A DNA stretch of 64,000 bases from Candidatus Latescibacterota bacterium. GTDB taxonomy: Bacteria > Latescibacterota > UBA2968. Below are positions 58,869 to 64,000 of the stretch, one piece after another. Below the pieces are notes generated by a model. That model did no database searches. It had not been told where the DNA came from and saw only the letters and a program-made list of their open reading frames with translations. Location: assembly GCA_965204375.1 (NCBI GenBank), contig OZ241986.1, positions 3,616,001 through 3,680,000 of the forward strand. Reading direction: 5' to 3'. Both the position numbers and the translations under genes were made by a program. Each line of letters starts with the position of its first letter. The first letter of the stretch is position 1.

Positions 58869-60821
58869 ATGAACACCTTGCCCAAAGAAAATGAAATAAC
58901 TTTGTTCCGCTACAGAAATCGGCTCATGGCGGGCGTGTGTGTCAACATCTCCCATACCAGAGCCAGATTTGCGGTATCGGCGCGTACATCTCACAATGTA
59001 CCCATAGAAAATATTCTCCAGGCAACCGGACATATCGGAAATGACAAAACCGCTGGCACAGCGTGGCTCAATCGGGCAAAAGCCACAAGCACCGACATTG
59101 ACCTTTGCGACCTGTGGGAACTCGTCGTAGAAGAAGATGAAATCTGGGATCTGAACGAACTGACCGAACTGCATTACAATCACATGCCGACATCGGAACA
59201 AATGTCGGCATTTTTAGTCGCATTGGAAACGAGTGCCTACTTCGATGTCGAAGGACGGAGATTTCGCGCACTTGATCGGACAGAAGTCAGCCACAGATTG
59301 GAAATAGTCGCTCGCGACAAAGAACGAGAAGCGGAACGAGAGGCATTTTTGAAATGGCTTCAGTTTCAGGGCACCGGCAAAGACGACTGGATCGAACGGA
59401 TAAAAGACGTCGCACTACACGGCGAACAGAGCAAATATGCACACTGGCTGGAACGCATGGCCAGCGAGACCATCTCTGCGCGCAAAGCTTTTGATCGCTT
59501 AGTCGCCGAAGGTGTATGGGATCGGCATGCCTTTGTCGAATTGATGCGCGAAGATGTACCTCTGGACTTTCCCGACATATTAATCAAAGAAGCGGACGCG
59601 ATTCAAGCCATGTATAAATCGCTATTTGCAAATCGCCAGGACCTGACGCATATAGATGCCGTGACCATTGACGACGCATCGACAACAGATATGGACGATG
59701 CGATATCAGTTCAATTTCGGGAAGACGGCAGCTATCAAATTGGCGTGCATATTACCGATGTCTCCTCGTTGATCCCCGCGCACTCAGCCCTCGATGAAGA
59801 AGCCAGAAACCGCGGCGCAAGCCTCTACTTTCCAGAGACAAAATACCCCATGTTGCCGCCCGTTCTATCGGAAAATCTGGGCAGTCTCATCCCCCGTGAA
59901 AATCGATTGGCCGTCAGCCTATTGTGGGATGTGGGGCCAGATGGCACGATGGGAACCCCGACCTGGACACTTTCCGTCATCCAGTGTCGCGAAAAACTGA
60001 GTTATGATGAAGCAGACGCAATACTCGACAATGCGACGCACCCCAGACACGCGATATTATCAGCCCTATTTGACGCGGCAGAATCGCTTTTGATACAGCG
60101 CGTCGAAGCCGGTGCTGTAGCGGTTGATCAAGTTGACCGCCGCGTGAATATCTCGGCTGATGGAACCGTGAATATCAAAATAAAAAAACGCGACTCCAGG
60201 GCTGATTTGCTGGTCAGCGAACTGATGGTCAAAGCCAATGTCGAAGCCGCCAAATTGTGTGTTGAACAAAACGCACCCGCGATCTTTCGCGTACAAGACG
60301 CGCCCGACCTCTCCGATTTAGAACCCACGGATAGCGAGCAAGTACACCGCTATCAGACACTGACGCGCATGCGTGCAGCTGCAATCTCACTACAACCCGG
60401 TCTGCACGGTGGCCTGGGGGTAGAACCCTATTGCCAGACCACATCTCCCCTGAGGCGATTCATAGATCTGGTATCACAGCGACAACTCGTCGCCATCATC
60501 GACAACAAAGCCTTGCCCTATTCTATAGATGACCTGACGACACTTTGTCCCTACCTCGAAGAACGCCTCCGCCTGATCAACCGCCTGGAACAGCGCAGAG
60601 AGCGATACTGGATATTTCACCATCTCGCGCAATACAGAGGACAGGTATTTGACGCACTCGTGTTAAATACATGGGACCACCGCGCCCGGATCGAAATCCC
60701 GGACTATGCCCTGCAAGTTGACATGCGTCTATCGGGACAAATCCGCGTGGGTGAACGCATAAGCGTACGCCTGACGCGGATAGATCCCTGGGCAGATGAT
60801 ATTCAATTTGTCATGGAGTGA
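58869..60821 (+). CDS. ribonuclease II/R (RNB domain) protein
   Basis: TIDDASTTDMDDA, VHITDV, PMLP, ELMVKAN, TSPLRRFIDL; start uncertain. Confidence 0.9.
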   Translation: MNTLPKENEITLFRYRNRLMAGVCVNISHTRARFAVSARTSHNVPIENILQATGHIGNDKTAGTAWLNRAKATSTDIDLCDLWELVVEEDEIWDLNELTELHYNHMPTSEQMSAFLVALETSAYFDVEGRRFRALDRTEVSHRLEIVARDKEREAEREAFLKWLQFQGTGKDDWIERIKDVALHGEQSKYAHWLERMASETISARKAFDRLVAEGVWDRHAFVELMREDVPLDFPDILIKEADAIQAMYKSLFANRQDLTHIDAVTIDDASTTDMDDAISVQFREDGSYQIGVHITDVSSLIPAHSALDEEARNRGASLYFPETKYPMLPPVLSENLGSLIPRENRLAVSLLWDVGPDGTMGTPTWTLSVIQCREKLSYDEADAILDNATHPRHAILSALFDAAESLLIQRVEAGAVAVDQVDRRVNISADGTVNIKIKKRDSRADLLVSELMVKANVEAAKLCVEQNAPAIFRVQDAPDLSDLEPTDSEQVHRYQTLTRMRAAAISLQPGLHGGLGVEPYCQTTSPLRRFIDLVSQRQLVAIIDNKALPYSIDDLTTLCPYLEERLRLINRLEQRRERYWIFHHLAQYRGQVFDALVLNTWDHRARIEIPDYALQVDMRLSGQIRVGERISVRLTRIDPWADDIQFVME

Positions 60822-60904
60822 GAGGGCCTCACACGAGCGGGGTACAACTGCGATAGCAGTTCAAGACACGAAGACACACAAAGATAGAAAAAGGATACAA
60901 CAGT

Positions 60905-63133
60905 ATGATGCATGTGTGGTATCTGTTTTGTTTTTTGTTTTTCTCTCTTACCCCACACCTTTGGGCAGATGTGCCCAACGGGGGATTTGAACAAATCACA
61001 GCATCGCAGATACCTGTAAATTGGTCTCCCGTACCCGATTCTACGCGGATCATGGTCGAACGCGAACGCGCCCACAGCGGCAAAACCTCAGTCCTTCTGC
61101 TGGGCGGACCGCGGGGAGAACCCACCGCACTGATCAGCGATCCCGTCAGTATTCAGCCAGGAGCCGTTTATGTCTTAACCGGATGGGCGCGTGCCGACAG
61201 CGCAAAGGCCTATGCACGCATCCGATGGTTGTCAGAAGATCAGACTCCGGTGGGTGAAAGCGGGACAACAACAGAAGTAACAAGCGCGTCGTGGACAGAA
61301 TGGGCCGAGACTTTTGTGGTACCCACGAAAGCCATATTTGGGCGTGTAATTTGTCTTATCGACGGAAAAGAAGCAGCTTTTGACGACGTGCGTCTGCACA
61401 AAATTGCACCGCGAATGCCTCTCGGTCTTCAATTAAAAGCAACGGATTTTCCCACACAGGGCGCGCGCGCCGCAAACGTGCGCGTGACAATACAAGACAG
61501 CGTTGTCGCGCTACCCCACCAGGTCACGCAACAGGACAGTGTGGTCTCTCATGATGGAGCCGTGGTTATTTTTGAAGCGAGTCGCGGGCAAATAACCCCC
61601 TGGGCAACAATCAAAAATGGCACAGCGACAGCCACATTGCGCGACGCCGAAGAAAACGCGGGCGGCGTCTATGTGCGGGCGCGGTTGGCCCACCTCAGTG
61701 CCCGGGCCTATGCAGGCGACAAAAAAGCGACCCGATTGCGCGGTCGTCTTTTCAATACCGAAACCGGGCACCCCCTATTGGGCCGGATAATCGTCGCCGA
61801 TTCTCTGGGTAATATTTTACAGACGGGATTTGCAGAACGCGGCTTTGTTGCCGACAGTGCATTTGCAATTGATGTACCACCCCAAACAATCACCATATCC
61901 GCAACGCGCGGTTTCGCGCACCTGCCGCCAGAGCCTCAGGTCTTGCACCTCGTACCCGGTCGTGAACACATGGTAGAACTGCCCTTCAAACCATGGGGAG
62001 ACCTCCATGCGCGCGGATGGGTGGCAGGTGATCTTCTCAATAGCAATGATGCGCGAGCACGCGGACTGGATTGGGCAGCTTTGCCAGTGAATGGAAATGG
62101 AAATTCGATACTGACGCTACCCGGCAAAAATGTTGAAACCCGCGGGGGAAAACAATGGGTGTTGGGCACCACCGGGCTATTTACCCCCGAAAAAGCCGGA
62201 TTTGAGGTACATGCCCAGGCGCGTTTAGACCGCGGTATTACTGGCTATACAGATATTCGGGGCACATCGTTATTCGATATTCTCGCTGGACCGGCTTTTG
62301 ACGCACTCAATGTCGCACATCCCGATACGCGAGCAATCTGGTTTGCACTGCTCAATCGGGGGTATCGCATTGCGGGTACTGCTTTTTCCGACGAACATTT
62401 TCGCACATACACACAGGTACCCGGCGACCTGACCGCCGATAGACTGATGCGCGCAATAGCCAACGGCCAAAATATGATAACCAACGGGCCTCTGATCTCA
62501 TTATCCATCTTTGCAGCCGGACCCGGCAACCAATTGCCAGCAGGCCACAAAAGACGGGCAACAATTCACGCCTGGGCAGCCGCAAAATCCGATGCGTATT
62601 TGACGCGCATTGAACTCATTCGCAATGCACGGGTAATCCAGAGTTGGGATTTGAAAGAACAACCCCGGAAATATCGGATATCAACAGCACTCGAAGATAC
62701 TGTCAACTGCTGGTACCTCGCCCGGTGTTACGGTGCAGACACATCGCGCGTGGCATTGACGAATCCAATCTACTTCGAAACAAAAAATTTCGCGCCTCTC
62801 CAACCTGTTCGGGCTATTGTACAGGGCAAAATTGAAATGGCTGACAATTCTCCCGTACCCCAGGCCGTTATTCGAGCGGTTGATCCCATTGGCAGAACAG
62901 TCTTAGAGACAGTAGCCCGGCACGGAACATTTCAAATTTGGGTACCTGCGACCAGCCAGATTCGCGTAGAAGCAAAAGGCTACGAAACGCCACCGCAACG
63001 CATCTTTGACCATCGAGATATTCAGCGCCTATTGCAAACACCTGTCAACCCGTCTGAACTAAACGCCCTGGATACGCTGACAGAACAATTACAAGCCATT
63101 GACATGGTGTTTGTTCTCAAACGATCACGATAA
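60905..63133 (+). CDS. secreted protein with carbohydrate-binding-like N-terminus and degenerate CehA/McbA (PHP-like) domain
   Basis: Signal peptide, NGGFE...AHSG...FDDV module, GWVAGDL, TNGPLI, ALTNPIY. Confidence 0.55.
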   Translation: MMHVWYLFCFLFFSLTPHLWADVPNGGFEQITASQIPVNWSPVPDSTRIMVERERAHSGKTSVLLLGGPRGEPTALISDPVSIQPGAVYVLTGWARADSAKAYARIRWLSEDQTPVGESGTTTEVTSASWTEWAETFVVPTKAIFGRVICLIDGKEAAFDDVRLHKIAPRMPLGLQLKATDFPTQGARAANVRVTIQDSVVALPHQVTQQDSVVSHDGAVVIFEASRGQITPWATIKNGTATATLRDAEENAGGVYVRARLAHLSARAYAGDKKATRLRGRLFNTETGHPLLGRIIVADSLGNILQTGFAERGFVADSAFAIDVPPQTITISATRGFAHLPPEPQVLHLVPGREHMVELPFKPWGDLHARGWVAGDLLNSNDARARGLDWAALPVNGNGNSILTLPGKNVETRGGKQWVLGTTGLFTPEKAGFEVHAQARLDRGITGYTDIRGTSLFDILAGPAFDALNVAHPDTRAIWFALLNRGYRIAGTAFSDEHFRTYTQVPGDLTADRLMRAIANGQNMITNGPLISLSIFAAGPGNQLPAGHKRRATIHAWAAAKSDAYLTRIELIRNARVIQSWDLKEQPRKYRISTALEDTVNCWYLARCYGADTSRVALTNPIYFETKNFAPLQPVRAIVQGKIEMADNSPVPQAVIRAVDPIGRTVLETVARHGTFQIWVPATSQIRVEAKGYETPPQRIFDHRDIQRLLQTPVNPSELNALDTLTEQLQAIDMVFVLKRSR

Positions 63134-63201
63134 TTTGACCACCGTATTATATTTATACTGTAGAAATATATACATTTTCATTTTCATACCAGGAGAATAA
63201 A

Positions 63202-63894
63202 ATGAATAAAATTCTGGTGGTTGAAGACGAACCTGATATTTTGGAAATGGTGCGCTACAACCTCGATCAAGCTGGGTTAGATGTGGAAACAGCAGAAGAT
63301 GCCGAGTGTGCCCTCCAGAGCGTTCAGGAGGTTCTGCCAGATTTGATCGTACTGGATCTGATGCTGCCGGGCATTGACGGCCTGGATATGTGCAGGCAAC
63401 TAAAACAAGATGCTCGAACCCGTCACATACCCATCTTAATGTTGACCGCGCGCAAAGAGGAAGTAGATCGCATTGTGGGATTGGAGTTGGGAGCCGATGA
63501 CTACGTTGTCAAACCCTTTTCCCCACGCGAACTCGTCTTGAGGGCGCAGGCGATTCTGCGGCGCAGTCAGAGCAGCTTGCAATCGACCACAGATACCTGG
63601 TTACATACGGGACCGATATCTATCGATAAAGCCGCACACCAGGCCCTGTTAAACGGTGACCCATTGGAATTGACAGGCACAGAATTTAAGCTGCTCATAA
63701 CCCTGATCGAACGCCGCGGACGCGTGCAAACACGCGACGATTTACTCGATACAGTATGGGGTTATGAATACAGTGGTTATGGGCGCACGGTCGATACGCA
63801 CATCAGGCGATTGCGCGAGAAACTCGGCGAAGCAAGCGAATGGATCGAAACCGTGCGAGGCGTGGGTTATCGCTTCCGCCGAGAGAGAGCATAG
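63202..63894 (+). CDS. OmpR/PhoB-family response regulator
   Basis: VVEDE, LDLMLPG, GADDYVVKPFS, RTVDTHIRRLREKL, ETVRGVGY. Confidence 0.95.
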   Translation: MNKILVVEDEPDILEMVRYNLDQAGLDVETAEDAECALQSVQEVLPDLIVLDLMLPGIDGLDMCRQLKQDARTRHIPILMLTARKEEVDRIVGLELGADDYVVKPFSPRELVLRAQAILRRSQSSLQSTTDTWLHTGPISIDKAAHQALLNGDPLELTGTEFKLLITLIERRGRVQTRDDLLDTVWGYEYSGYGRTVDTHIRRLREKLGEASEWIETVRGVGYRFRRERA

Positions 63895-63895
63895 A

Positions 63896-64000
63896 ATGCG
63901 TTTGCACTGGAAATGGATGCTCGCCTGCCTTTCTGTACTGGTACTGGTACTGGCATCTGCACATCTGTATCTGGATCACGTCATACGCGACTTTTGGGTT
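63896..64000 (+). CDS. probable sensor histidine kinase N-terminus (partial)
   Basis: ATG 1 nt after the regulator stop; MRLHWKWMLACLSVLVLVLASAHLYL transmembrane segment. Confidence 0.6.
   Translation, partial: MRLHWKWMLACLSVLVLVLASAHLYLDHVIRDFWV

Overview
A 64 kb bacterial chromosome segment. The backbone is rich in sulfatases, PhyH dioxygenases, BNR/glycosidases and small TA modules, which resembles Latescibacterota/Poribacteria-like genomes (inference only). A tRNA-Val(GAC) hotspot is flanked by AT-richer defence cargo. Left of the tRNA is an operon of XRE repressor, Cas4-like nuclease, long Argonaute with an apparent DEDD tetrad, a small protein and an HExxH peptidase, followed by an Mrr-like nuclease; a perfect sigma70 promoter overlapped by two TGCT-N10-AGCA operators drives it. 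Right of the tRNA is a 20 kb segment bounded by a 126-bp direct repeat. It ends in a four-gene operon: C5 DNA methyltransferase plus three DndF/G/H-like genes, the largest fusing a PD-(D/E)xK motif to a complete RuvB-like motor. Other notable items are a tandem RusA-like protein, a DIP1984-like gene followed by a ~200-nt structured RNA candidate, McrBC, and a peroxiredoxin with an in-frame UGA (selenocysteine) and a SECIS-like hairpin. All family assignments come from motif recognition, not database searches.
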